Positions 8,805 through 18,475 of a stretch of DNA of 64,000 nt are shown in pieces. The first letter of the stretch is position 1; every line of letters begins with the position of its first letter. Location of the stretch: assembly GCA_965249575.1 (NCBI GenBank), contig OZ252244.1, positions 1,376,001 through 1,440,000 on the forward strand, in the 5' to 3' direction. The stretch comes from Gemmatimonadales bacterium. GTDB lineage: Bacteria > Gemmatimonadota > Gemmatimonadetes > Gemmatimonadales > GWC2-71-9. A model generated the notes under the pieces. That model was not told where the DNA came from, searched no databases, and was given only the letters and a program-made list of their open reading frames with translations. Made by a program: the position numbers and the translations under genes.

Positions 8805-9687
8805 TGCTGTTCCTCTCTTCCGTTTCCATTTCCATCGGCTTGATCACGTTACGGAGCACTCCCAGCCCTTCGATCTCCACATCGATCACGTCCCCTACGC
8901 GCACGGCACGGCGCGCTCCTTCCACTCGACCTACCGTGCCGGTGAAGATCAAATCACCCGGCTCCAAAGTGACGTACCGGCTGATGTAGCTCACGAGGTT
9001 GGGCGCCTTATTCGCGAGCTCGCTGGTGCGGCCCCGCTGTACCACCTCTCCGTTCATACGGACCACGACCGCGAGGTCGGTGAAATCGACGCCCGTCACG
9101 ATCGTCGGACCGATCGGCGCCCACGTGTCGGCGCCTTTGGAGATCATCCGCGTGGGATCTTCGACCCCGCGGCGCTCGCCGTACCACGTGTTCTCGCTGA
9201 AGTCGTTTCCCACCGTGACGCCGAAGACGTGATCCAGCGCCTCGTCCTCGGGGACGTGTCGCCCCTCCTTGCCAATGACGAGCACCAGCTCCCCTTCGTA
9301 GTTGAGATTACCAGCTTCCGGCGACAGCTCTACCGAATCACCCGGGCCGACGATGCTGGTCGGGAACTTGGCAAAGAACCGCGGGTTGGGAATCGGGCCC
9401 TCCCGCCCGGCTCCCAGCGTGTTGATGGCCACTCCAATGACCTTGTGGACGTCGGAAGGGTCGATGGGCGCCAGGAGCTGTACCTCGGCAAGGGCGAAGA
9501 CACGACCCGTGGGCTGGCGGGTCGTTAGCAGGTCGCCGCGCAACTCGGCGATGCTGTCACCACGCAAGATGCCGTACGCGACATTCTCCTCCCTGGAGAA
9601 TCGCACGTACTTCGTCTGCGCCACCAGCGGAGCGGCGGCGCTCAGGAGCGCCGCCGCGAGCACCACAAGACGAGAAAATCTAGTCAT
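8578..9687 (-). CDS. Exported fumarylacetoacetate hydrolase (FAH) family protein; true stop probably near 8801-8840
   Basis: Signal peptide ending LVA-Q; NYEGEL, GNDFSE, SKGADT and LEPGDLIFTGT motifs. As read, the frame runs over 200 nt into the next gene after the conserved GLGVLRN end. Confidence 0.85.
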   Translation of the reverse strand: MTRFSRLVVLAAALLSAAAPLVAQTKYVRFSREENVAYGILRGDSIAELRGDLLTTRQPTGRVFALAEVQLLAPIDPSDVHKVIGVAINTLGAGREGPIPNPRFFAKFPTSIVGPGDSVELSPEAGNLNYEGELVLVIGKEGRHVPEDEALDHVFGVTVGNDFSENTWYGERRGVEDPTRMISKGADTWAPIGPTIVTGVDFTDLAVVVRMNGEVVQRGRTSELANKAPNLVSYISRYVTLEPGDLIFTGTVGRVEGARRAVRVGDVIDVEIEGLGVLRNVIKPMEMETEERNSSDCLGPPDRSPPDSHDEHVHGPRAGRTGHPRRLSRRPALAQAPAQRLDRRAGIGYSCRFPGPRLDRTSAAHADGA

Positions 9688-9711
9688 CGCAACCGCTATC
9701 CTCACTTGGGT

Positions 9712-11688
9712 TCATCTGACCGTTTCCCCGGGCAGCGCCAGCGCAACGAGCTCTGCCTCCGCCCCAGTCTGCGCTACGGCAACGACGATGTACTGCTTGC
9801 CGTTGTGCATGTACGACATCGGCGCTGTGTTGGTAGTGGCCGGCAGGGCGACCTGTGCTATCTCATTGCCCGTCTGCTTGTCGACGGCGTGAAGCCAGGG
9901 GGTCGCCGCGCCGTCCCTCGCCGTAGAACAGCAAGGATTTGGTCGTGACCAGCGTAGCGTGCGACCGCTTCCCGGTCCTGGGCAGGTCCACGCCGCGAAC
10001 TGCGGGGTGGCTGGTCAAGCTCCTCGGCGTGTCACCGTTCGTAATGCGCCAAGCGTGATCTCCGGTCGTGAGGTCGATGGCCACGATGCTGCCGTACGGC
10101 GGCTTCAAAAGCTCGAGCCCCATGGGCCCCCGAATGCCGCCAGGACCCGTCGACACGTAAGAGGCCGTGGATCCTCGCTCCGAACCCGGCACCAGCGAGA
10201 TCACACTGTGGCCCCGCTCCGTAGCCACGAAGAGCATTCCCGTTTCCGGATCCACCGACGATCCGCCCGGGATGTTCGCCCCTCCGTTGGCACCGGGCAC
10301 CACGAACGTGCCCTTGGTGCCATCGGCCGCGTGGAGCAGCGACGGGGGCGTGAAGATCGGCCCCATGCGAAACGGTCGCGCCAATTTGACGGCCATGTCG
10401 CGGAGCCGAGGGGTGAAGTCGATCAGGTCGTCCTCGGTAATGCCTTGTAGCTCGAATGCCGCAGGCCGAGTCACGTGTGGCTGGGTCGGGGAGATGCGCT
10501 CCGTCGGGACGTCGGAGCCGGATACGGGGCGCTCCTCGATGGGCCACACGGGCCGTCCGGATTCTCGGTTGAAGACGTACGCCCACCCCTGCTTGGTGGT
10601 CTCGATCACCATCGGCACTTGCTGTCCGTCTACGGTCACATCAACGAGTTTGGGCGCGTTGGGATTGTCCATGTTCCAGACGTCGTGGTGGACCATCTGG
10701 AAATGCCACACACGCTCTCCGGTCTCGACATCCAACGCCACCAGGCTCGTACCGTAGAGATTCCGCCCCAGACGCTCACCGCCGTAATAGTCGTTGGTGG
10801 GTGTATCGGTCGGAATGAACACCAAACCGCGCTCCGAGTCCGCGGAGAGCGGCGCCCACGAGGACACGTTCCCGGTGTAGGCCCACGAGTCACCTTCCCA
10901 CGTGTCGTGTCCGAGCTCGCCGGGCTCCGGCACGACGTGGAACGTCCATCGCAGCATGCCGTCTTGGCGTCGTAGCCCCGCACGTGGCCGGGGACGTTCT
11001 CCTTCTTGCTCGGGTAGTATCCCCGATCATGCGAGTTCCCGACGACGATCACGCCGTTTACGACGATCGGCGGGGAGGACGCGGTGATGTCGCCGGACGC
11101 GAGGACCCCACTATCAGGGTGCACCGGGTAGTCACCCAGGCCCAGGTGAAGGTCGACGATGCCGTTGAGACCAAAACGGGGAATTGGGACCCCGCTTTCC
11201 GAGTCCAACGCCACGAGGTAGTAGCCGGGAGTGATCGTAAAGATCACGCCACGCCCATCGACCTCCGCGTAGGCGACACCCTTCCCGTAATCCTTGCGCG
11301 TCGATGCCTGCCAGCGCGGGTTCTCTCGCATGCGCCACATCCACAAGGTCTCGCCGGTGGAGGGGTCGATCGCGACTACCACTCGTCGTTGCCCGGCGAC
11401 GGCATAGAGCCGGTCTCCCACCTTGATCGGCGTCGCGCGATAAATGAAATCGGGCTCGGGACCGTAATTGCTTGCCTTCCACCGCCACGCGATCTCGAGA
11501 TTCGCCACGTTCGTCGCGTTGATCTGGTCGAGCGGTGCGTATCGGCTACTGCCCTCATCGCCGCCCCAGTAGCGCCAGTCTCCGTTCTCGGTACCGAGGC
11601 GCTGTGCCGCAGATGGGGGGGCGGCGCCTCCCAAAAGGAACGCCGCGGCCGCGATCGCCCGCGCTGTTTTCAGCGTCTGGCTCGTCAT
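9712..11688 (-). pseudogene. PQQ-dependent dehydrogenase (glucose/quinate type) with two frameshifts (possibly read errors)
   Basis: DWRYWGGD...RYAPLDQIN; PGHVRGYDAKT continues as MLRWTF (shift ~10960); WHFQMVHHDVW; KPPYG; shift at ~9900 to ...PMSYMHNGKQYIVV...ALALPGETVR*. Confidence 0.9.
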
Positions 11689-12095
11689 TGTGGGGGCCCT
11701 TCGATCACAATGCGCTCGAGAAGGGCCGGCTCCGCCGGCAAGGCGCGCCTGCCGGACGGCAGACCGTTCAGCTTGAAGATGTATGCCAAAACGGCGGCGT
11801 ATTCTTCCGGTTTCAAGCTGGAGGGCCGGTCTTCGGGCATGGTGGTCGACATCACGTCGAAAAGCATGCTCACGGGCGCGCCGACCCAGGAGGGGAGAAC
11901 GCGTTGGTTGAAGTAGTCGCTCGGGTGACACTGGCTGCACGCTTGCTCGTACATGCTCTCGCCCCGCTGCGCCTGCTCGTCCGTATACACACCCTGACGC
12001 ACGGACATCACGTCATCCGCAGTCTGGCCGGTCGCTGACGTCGCGGCTGCCGCCAAACACGTCGCGGCGGTCACGAGTGGGGCGTATCGCGGCAT
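11685..12095 (-). CDS. Monoheme cytochrome c (PQQ-dehydrogenase partner type)
   Basis: Signal peptide; GVYTDEQAQRG, CSQCH and TMP; ATGA overlap with the PQQ gene. Confidence 0.9.
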   Translation of the reverse strand: MPRYAPLVTAATCLAAAATSATGQTADDVMSVRQGVYTDEQAQRGESMYEQACSQCHPSDYFNQRVLPSWVGAPVSMLFDVMSTTMPEDRPSSLKPEEYAAVLAYIFKLNGLPSGRRALPAEPALLERIVIEGPPQ

Positions 12096-12209
12096 GAAGG
12101 CCTCGGGCCAGTTGGGTTCGAGACTGGATCGAGTGATCTTGTAATACCCTCGATCGCTGCGCTCGGGAAGGGCCCTTGCGGACGTCGCTCAATTTGAGAG
12201 GAAACTCAC

Positions 12210-12374
12210 ATGTCACCGTCAGGCAACACGACACAGGTCAAGGTCGATAGCGGCACGGGGATGCTTTGGTTCATGGGGTGGTTGTTTACGATAGCCTTTG
12301 CGAAGCTCGGCTTTTGGAAGGGGGTGTTGGGTCTCATCATTTGGCCGTACTACCTCGGCGTGCTGCTCCGGTAG
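12210..12374 (+). CDS. Small two-TM membrane protein (54 aa)
   Basis: Below the ORF-track cutoff. GAGAGGA RBS; MSPSGNTTQVKVDSGTGMLWFMGWLFTIAFAKLGFWKGVLGLIIWPYYLGVLLR*. Confidence 0.75.
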   Translation: MSPSGNTTQVKVDSGTGMLWFMGWLFTIAFAKLGFWKGVLGLIIWPYYLGVLLR

Positions 12375-12520
12375 AAGCGCGAGGCGACGCCGCACGTGTG
12401 AGAAAGCACGGCGCACCCCCTGGTCCACTGAGAGCGTGACGCAGTGAGGTGACTCGCCGGGCGTGCGGAGCCAACCTGACAGGATTAGGGCCTCGGGCCG
12501 ACACAATCGTTGACCGCTCG

Positions 12521-12840
12521 TTACCCCTGGGGCGTGATCTCCCCGGAAAGTGACTGCGCGACGATTTTCCCGCTCGTACTACGAACGTGTCGCTCGCCAC
12601 CTCGTACACATTGTCGGCCGTTTTCGGCAGTCCATACGATGTACGCGTAGTCCCCATCGACCGACTGCTGCTTCATCGCGCACGTGGCACCCGGCTTCGC
12701 GAACTCTGCAAGCATCTTCTCGAACAATGGCTTGATGGCACCAACACCGTTCAACGGGCCATCGGGCGTGAACAGTACGGCGTCGGGAGCATGATCAGAT
12801 AGGATGCCGTCGAGATTGCCCTCACTGAAGGAAGGGATTA
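12521..12840 (-). pseudogene. SnoaL/NTF2-like protein remnant, 5'-truncated and frameshifted
   Basis: SFSEGNLDGILSDHAPDAVLFTPDGPLNG...AYIVWTAE, then TADNVYEVASDTFVVR, then GKIVAQS, split across frames; no start codon. Confidence 0.75.
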
Positions 12841-12848
12841 CCCGCCGG

Positions 12849-13364
12849 CTACATATACCGCGCCACGGCCATGAGGGCCGTCGCCAGGGCCAAGAGCACC
12901 GCGACGACGCGCCCCGCGCTGGCGGAACGCCGGCGCAATTGCTGCACTACCGCGAGCTGAGCGGACCGATCCGACCCCTCCGGCATTTGCGCCGCCGCTT
13001 GAGCGAGGGGCCCGGCACGCATCACGGCGGGTCGCATGACGCCGACCCCGACGACGAACGCGATCACTGCGAGCAGCCCACCGACGCCCAGCGCGAGGCC
13101 GAGCGGCGACGTCACCCAAGCCCTGTGGGGCCCACCGGACAAACGCCAGTAGAGCCAAAGGCCGGAGAGGATCGTCAGCCCCGCGACGATCGGCATGACG
13201 TCCATGAACCGCCGGCGTTGGAGAGCGGCCATGACCTTGGCTCCGTCGGGGCCGACGTCCTGGACCGAGGGAACCAGAAACAGTGCGACGAAGATCAGGG
13301 CCCCAGCCCAGAACACGCCGAGCACGATGTGGAGCAAGCGGAGAGTGATAACCAGGAGATCCAT
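12849..13364 (-). CDS. Four-TM membrane protein (CopD/DUF2269-like)
   Basis: GAGGAG RBS; MDLLVITLRLLHIVLGVFWAG...TILSGLWLY...MAVARYM. Confidence 0.8.
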   Translation of the reverse strand: MDLLVITLRLLHIVLGVFWAGALIFVALFLVPSVQDVGPDGAKVMAALQRRRFMDVMPIVAGLTILSGLWLYWRLSGGPHRAWVTSPLGLALGVGGLLAVIAFVVGVGVMRPAVMRAGPLAQAAAQMPEGSDRSAQLAVVQQLRRRSASAGRVVAVLLALATALMAVARYM

Positions 13365-13405
13365 GAGTGCTCCTCGACCGCTGTGGTCAGGACGATAACG
13401 TGGCC

Positions 13406-14590
13406 CTACCGCATCACCTTCAACGAGAAGACCAACTGTCCGGATGCCGCGACGACGTCGCCCTCGGTCAGCGTCCCGTCGATGGTCCAATCGCTCACTT
13501 TGACCAATGTCGTTCCTGCCATGCTCTGCACCTGCACCTGGGCACCGAGCTCGGTGAGCAGATTCACCAGGCCTTCGGACGACCACGGCCCGGTCATTTT
13601 CCACATGAGCACGACATTGTCTTGGGACTGCATCTCCGACGTGAATTCGAGCTCGGCGCGAACCGCGCGTCGCAATCGTGGCTCGAGGACCTTGCGGAAC
13701 CGCAGGCCAGTGCCCGGTGGCGCTGGCGGCGCACGTCGTGGTTGCGCCGAGGGTGGTGCTCCCTCCGTAACGGCGGCGCCCACCCCGGCATCAGCCGCCA
13801 CGGCAACTCCCCGTGCAGCCACCTGAGCGTTCGTGCCCGGTGCTTGTTTCGTGTTCGCGATTCGAACGCGCAGCTCGAGGTATCCGTTGAGCGTCCCGTC
13901 GGTGACCCACGTGAACCAGAGCGGCCCCTGCTGATCGACGATCTGCGAGCCCGTGCTCCCCGCCACGCGTGGATCACCGATAATCCCGATGGCGTGCCCG
14001 TCCGCGTTCACCAGGTGCATCGGCGGTACGCCCCGTCCCCCGACATACTCCCACGAGATTTCCTCATACGGGGCACCCGGTCCCTTGAAGTCGATCGGGC
14101 CATAAATATCCGCTCCCCCAAAAAACTCCACGGGCAACCCCACGGCGGTGCCGCGCGAATCCTGGTAGAGTTTCACGCCCCAGGCATCGGTCTCCCGGTT
14201 GAGACCGGTGAGCTCCACCTGGATCCTCGCGTTGGGCGATGGGGTCCCAATCGCCACGATGTTCCGGGCGCGGCCGTTCGCTCCAAGCAACAGGAAGTTG
14301 CGCCCCGGCACGCCTTGCTCGTCGACCTGCCTGACCATGAGCGTGCCCTCTCCGCGGCGCCACGCCTCGGCGATCAGCATCCCACGCTGGAGCGCCACCC
14401 GGCCTAAAGTCTGTGATCCAGTGCCATCTTGATCGATGATCACCCTCGCGTTGAGGAGGCCGGGAGGTGAGGTCAGTTTGGGGCCCTGCGCGGCAGCCGG
14501 CATGGTGACCACAGCGGCCAGGCCGGCGCCGAAACTCGCCCTGATGAACTCCCGGAGAATCTCGTGGTGGTTCGTCCATCGTGCCGTCAT
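13406..14590 (-). CDS. Hypothetical exported protein
   Basis: GAGGTG RBS; leader ending AAA-Q; 394-aa open frame; no family recognised. Confidence 0.65.
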   Translation of the reverse strand: MTARWTNHHEILREFIRASFGAGLAAVVTMPAAAQGPKLTSPPGLLNARVIIDQDGTGSQTLGRVALQRGMLIAEAWRRGEGTLMVRQVDEQGVPGRNFLLLGANGRARNIVAIGTPSPNARIQVELTGLNRETDAWGVKLYQDSRGTAVGLPVEFFGGADIYGPIDFKGPGAPYEEISWEYVGGRGVPPMHLVNADGHAIGIIGDPRVAGSTGSQIVDQQGPLWFTWVTDGTLNGYLELRVRIANTKQAPGTNAQVAARGVAVAADAGVGAAVTEGAPPSAQPRRAPPAPPGTGLRFRKVLEPRLRRAVRAELEFTSEMQSQDNVVLMWKMTGPWSSEGLVNLLTELGAQVQVQSMAGTTLVKVSDWTIDGTLTEGDVVAASGQLVFSLKVMR

Positions 14591-14652
14591 TGTGTTTCAC
14601 CTCGTAGTTACGGTGGGGACAACGCAGCGTCTGGACGGAGCGAGCGTGTGGG

Positions 14653-15606
14653 TCACCTAGCGTCCAGCCGGGCGGGCTCGATCTCCGCGAACAGCCGCCG
14701 GAGTGACGTTCGCACTACCGGCCAGCTCGACGTGGTCGGAACGATCATCTCAAAGTGCCCGGACTCCGTCGCTTCGACGATCCGCGCGAGCGTGTCACCG
14801 GCCATCACGGCTCGCTTGAAGTACGCCCGACCAACGGGTTCCCACGTCCGGTCGTGCATCCCGACGATCAGGATCTGCGGGACGTCGAGCGGTGCCAGCT
14901 GCATCGGCGACGCGTCGCGGTTTCGCTCCGGGTGAGCCACCCATGAGCCGGTCGATGACGTTGCCGCACACACCGCTCGCGTGCAGACCTTCGAGGTCTG
15001 GTGCTGGGGCCAGCGCCAGAACGCCGTGGATTGGCAGCGGGTCCTCCACGTAAAGCTCGCTGTCTTCCCGAAGGGCCCTCCGCGCGGCGAGCCACAGCGC
15101 AAGGTGTCCACCTGCCGAGTGTCCGCTCGCCACGACCCGTGAGAGGTCGAGATCGTATTCGGCCGCCAGCACCCGCAAATGATCCGCGCCCTGGGCGACA
15201 TCGTGGAATGTTCCAGGCCAACCCCCACCGACGTTCCCGACGCGGCGATACTCGAGGCTCCACACCGCGTAGCCCGCGTCCGCAATACCCTGCTCCAGGA
15301 GTCCGGCGTGGGAGATGTCGTATGCGAGAGCCAGCATCCGCCGTGGAGGAAGATGACGACCGGATGCGGGCCGCGCCTCTCGGGCAGGCGCAGCCTGCCG
15401 AATTGCAGGGCGCCGTCCCCGTAGGAAATCCTGTGGTCGGCCGGTGGCGACTCCATGCTCACGACGTCGTCCGCGCTCAGCAAGTCCTGCGCGAGGACAC
15501 CGGTCGTCGGTATTCCGCCGACGGCCACCAGCACCATGCACCCTGCGGCGAGGTGGCGAAGGGACCGTTCGACGGCGGCGTTGCGGGGGCTGAGCTGGTC
15601 CGTCAT
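14653..15606 (-). pseudogene. Exported alpha/beta hydrolase (esterase/BD-FAE-like), two frame breaks
   Basis: HGGCW, then a shift (~15325) to AYDISH...EYRRVG...GWPGTF...GHSAGGHLALW, then a shift (~14930) back to ASPMQL...GMHD...SGHFE. Confidence 0.85.
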
Positions 15607-15747
15607 GGAGGACTAAGTTGGACCGCGGGGTGTCAACCGGCCAGAGAGGTGCTCAATCCGATGAGTGTGCCTTCCTCTCTCAGTCCGCGCATCCATATTT
15701 GACTCACTGCGCCCCGTGCTTCCGCGCGCGATCCCAAGGAGCCTACC

Positions 15748-17679
15748 ATGCACCGCATCTTCGTTTTCGCAGCCGCCCTTGCTTTGGTCCCGCGGGTGGC
15801 CGCCGCCCAAGACCGCGCTTCCGCCGCGAACTGGGCCGACCGGGTGATGGCCGTTCGCTCGATCGTGCGAGAGACCCCCCAGTGGGCTCCGGATGGCACC
15901 CGGATTCTCTTCGCATCCACCCAGGGCGGCGGAGGGCTTTGGACCGTGCCCGCCGAGGGCGGGACTCCCATTCAACTCGCCGCGACCAGCGGGGGCGCGG
16001 GCCACTTCCTGCAATCCGGCCAACCCCGGTGGTCGCCGAACGGTGAGTGGATCTCGCTCATCTCCGATCACGCCGGCCAGCCCGAGATCTGGCTCTGGTC
16101 GGTGGCCGACGGAAAGGCAACGCGCCTCACGAGTCTCGGCTCGCGGATCAGCTCCTACAGCTGGTCTCCCGATGGCCGCTGGATCGCACTCACGGGCGGG
16201 CGGTTCGGCAGCTACGACATCTGGAAGGTGGCCGTTCCCGGCGGAGCAGCCCACCGACTCACCACTGACGCCCGCCCCGATGTGTTCCCCACCTGGACTC
16301 CGGACTCGCAGAAGATCCTCTACGCGCGGCTCGACATGCGGTGGATGGATCACGACCTGTTCGAGATCTCGGCCGACGGCTCGAGTCCGCGCTTGGTGCT
16401 ATCGGACACCGATTTCTTCGACTACCGCGAAGGCTCCGCGTTCGGCGCGTCACCGGTCTCGCCGGATGGAAAGACGGTGCTCTTCCGCTCGCAGCGGAGC
16501 GGCTGGATCAACTACTGGGTTCAGCCGCTGGCCGGTGGGACGCCGCGGCCCGTGGCCGCTGAGGAGACCGAGCAAACGGAAGCCATGTGGTCACCGGACG
16601 GCCGCCTCATCGCGTACGTCGCCAATCACAACGGGACCACCGAGGTCCGTGTCGCGCCCGCCGGTGGCGGGCCGTCGCGCGCGGTCGTGTCGCCGCCAGT
16701 GGGGAGAGTGCGAAGCATCGACTGGTCACCCGACGGCCGGCGGCTCTCCTACACACTGGAGACACCAACCCGCGCCGCGGACCTGTACGCCGTGGCGGTC
16801 GAAGGCGGAGAGCCCAGGCGGCTCACCTTTTCCGATCGCGGCGGCCCGCCGGAGCCACAGCTCATCGTGCCCGAGAAAGTGAGCTATCGGACGTTCGACG
16901 GCCTGACGATCAACGCGTATCTTTACAAGCCGCGCGGACTGCGGGCCGGTGAACGCGTTCCGGCGATCGTGCTGGCGCACGGGGGGCCTACCGGCCAGTT
17001 CAGCGACAACTTCAACCTCCACGCCCAGTTCTTTACCGGGCAGGGGTACGTCATGTTGCTGCCCAATGTCCGGGGCAGCTCCGGATACGGGCGCCAGTTC
17101 GAGATGCTGAACAACAAGGACTGGGGGCACGGTGACCTCAAGGACATCGTCGCGGGTGTCGACTACCTCGAGACTCTCCCCTACGTGGATCCGCAGCGGA
17201 TGGGAATGGAGGGCACGAGCTACGGCGGATTCCTAACGGCCGCCGCGGCCGTCTGGGCGCCGGAGGTCTTCCAGGCAATCGTCTCGATCTCTGGATACCC
17301 CAACCGCGTCGAGCTGCGGAAGGATTCCGAGTACCAGCACCTACAGCAGCTCGCGTACGAGTTCGGCCCCTTCGAGGAGAACCAGGACGTCTACTATCGC
17401 AACTCGCCGTTCTTCCACGTCATGAGCGCGACGGCGCCGCTGTTCGCGATCTGGGGAGAGGGCCGTTTCCCCGAGTCCGGGCAGACGTACATGTTCGCGA
17501 AGGAGCTGGAGCGGCATTACAAGACCGTACGGTACAAGGCCTACCAGGGAGAGACCTTCTACGTTCGCGGTCGGGCGAACGTGAAGCAGATGTTGCTCGA
17601 CATGCTCGAGTTCTTCGATCAGTACCTGAGGGACGACGTGCGGACGCCTGCAGCGCAGGCGTCGATTGGAACACCCTGA
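15748..17679 (+). CDS. S9 (prolyl oligopeptidase) family protein with PD40 propeller and atypical catalytic triad
   Basis: AAGGAG RBS; signal peptide; WSPDG repeats; HGGP, NVRGSSGYG and GTSYGG motifs. Confidence 0.9.
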   Translation: MHRIFVFAAALALVPRVAAAQDRASAANWADRVMAVRSIVRETPQWAPDGTRILFASTQGGGGLWTVPAEGGTPIQLAATSGGAGHFLQSGQPRWSPNGEWISLISDHAGQPEIWLWSVADGKATRLTSLGSRISSYSWSPDGRWIALTGGRFGSYDIWKVAVPGGAAHRLTTDARPDVFPTWTPDSQKILYARLDMRWMDHDLFEISADGSSPRLVLSDTDFFDYREGSAFGASPVSPDGKTVLFRSQRSGWINYWVQPLAGGTPRPVAAEETEQTEAMWSPDGRLIAYVANHNGTTEVRVAPAGGGPSRAVVSPPVGRVRSIDWSPDGRRLSYTLETPTRAADLYAVAVEGGEPRRLTFSDRGGPPEPQLIVPEKVSYRTFDGLTINAYLYKPRGLRAGERVPAIVLAHGGPTGQFSDNFNLHAQFFTGQGYVMLLPNVRGSSGYGRQFEMLNNKDWGHGDLKDIVAGVDYLETLPYVDPQRMGMEGTSYGGFLTAAAAVWAPEVFQAIVSISGYPNRVELRKDSEYQHLQQLAYEFGPFEENQDVYYRNSPFFHVMSATAPLFAIWGEGRFPESGQTYMFAKELERHYKTVRYKAYQGETFYVRGRANVKQMLLDMLEFFDQYLRDDVRTPAAQASIGTP

Positions 17680-17891
17680 TCGCCGAGGGGGGGGCGACGT
17701 AGGGAGGACCGAGCCTCGGCACCTCGAGTCCCGGGTCGAGCAGCGGCTGTCTGAGCTCAATGCCGAGCTGCTCAAGTGGATGTTCTTGTTTTGGGTCGGG
17801 ACAGTGGGAACGCTGGTGGCGTTGCAGAAGTTGTAGCGACGGTGGTCGCGTCGCAGGCGAACGCGAGCGTGAAGGTTGCCGTCTTACACGC

Positions 17892-18209
17892 TCAATTGGC
17901 TCCCCACCAGTTTTCGTAGCGACGTTTGAGGGCATTGGGCTTTGGTTGGGAGGCAACCGTGGCCGGAACGACCGGTCCAAGGGCGTTGTCCTCGACCCAA
18001 CCGAGCAGGGCTGCATCGAGATCGGGCGCGGACTGGCCGGGCTCGTAAGGGATGACCGGGCACCGTCGCCCCTCGACCATCAGGTACCACATGGCCGGAG
18101 TCAACGCCCGCCCACGTTTCGGATCGGCGGCGTGCCCTTCGTAGGAGACGAAGTGAAAGGCTCGGCCGCGGACGTTGAGGTGGCGCTGCTCGGGCTTGAA
18201 AGCGGGCAC
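17892..18209 (-). CDS. Hypothetical protein (105 aa)
   Basis: GGAGG before GTG; globular-looking RGRAFHFVSYEG...MWYLMVEGRR. Confidence 0.7.
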   Translation of the reverse strand: MPAFKPEQRHLNVRGRAFHFVSYEGHAADPKRGRALTPAMWYLMVEGRRCPVIPYEPGQSAPDLDAALLGWVEDNALGPVVPATVASQPKPNALKRRYENWWGAN

Positions 18210-18475
18210 GAAACCTCCGGACGTGGCAACGAAGAACCGGAGATGGCCGGGCGCCAGCAGCGGGACGTTGATACTTGTAGTTTAACACGGGCAACGGTTT
18301 TGCGCTGGCTGCTTCCCTTCCCTCCACAGGCGTCTATGCCCTCGGTCCACCGCTTCTTGCCGAGCGGCTCCCCGGAAGCTTGGTTTGGAGCAGTGGGCCT
18401 CGGGCCCACCAGCGCTTCGGTACCGCGCGCTTACGACGCCGGGCCGTTCACGAGTTCGTCCTCCAAGGAGGGACG

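Noticed and set aside
17699..17725. Second GTAG-REP-like hairpin
   Set aside because: The stem is short and imperfect and is dissimilar to 24726-24762; it could be chance in GC-rich DNA.
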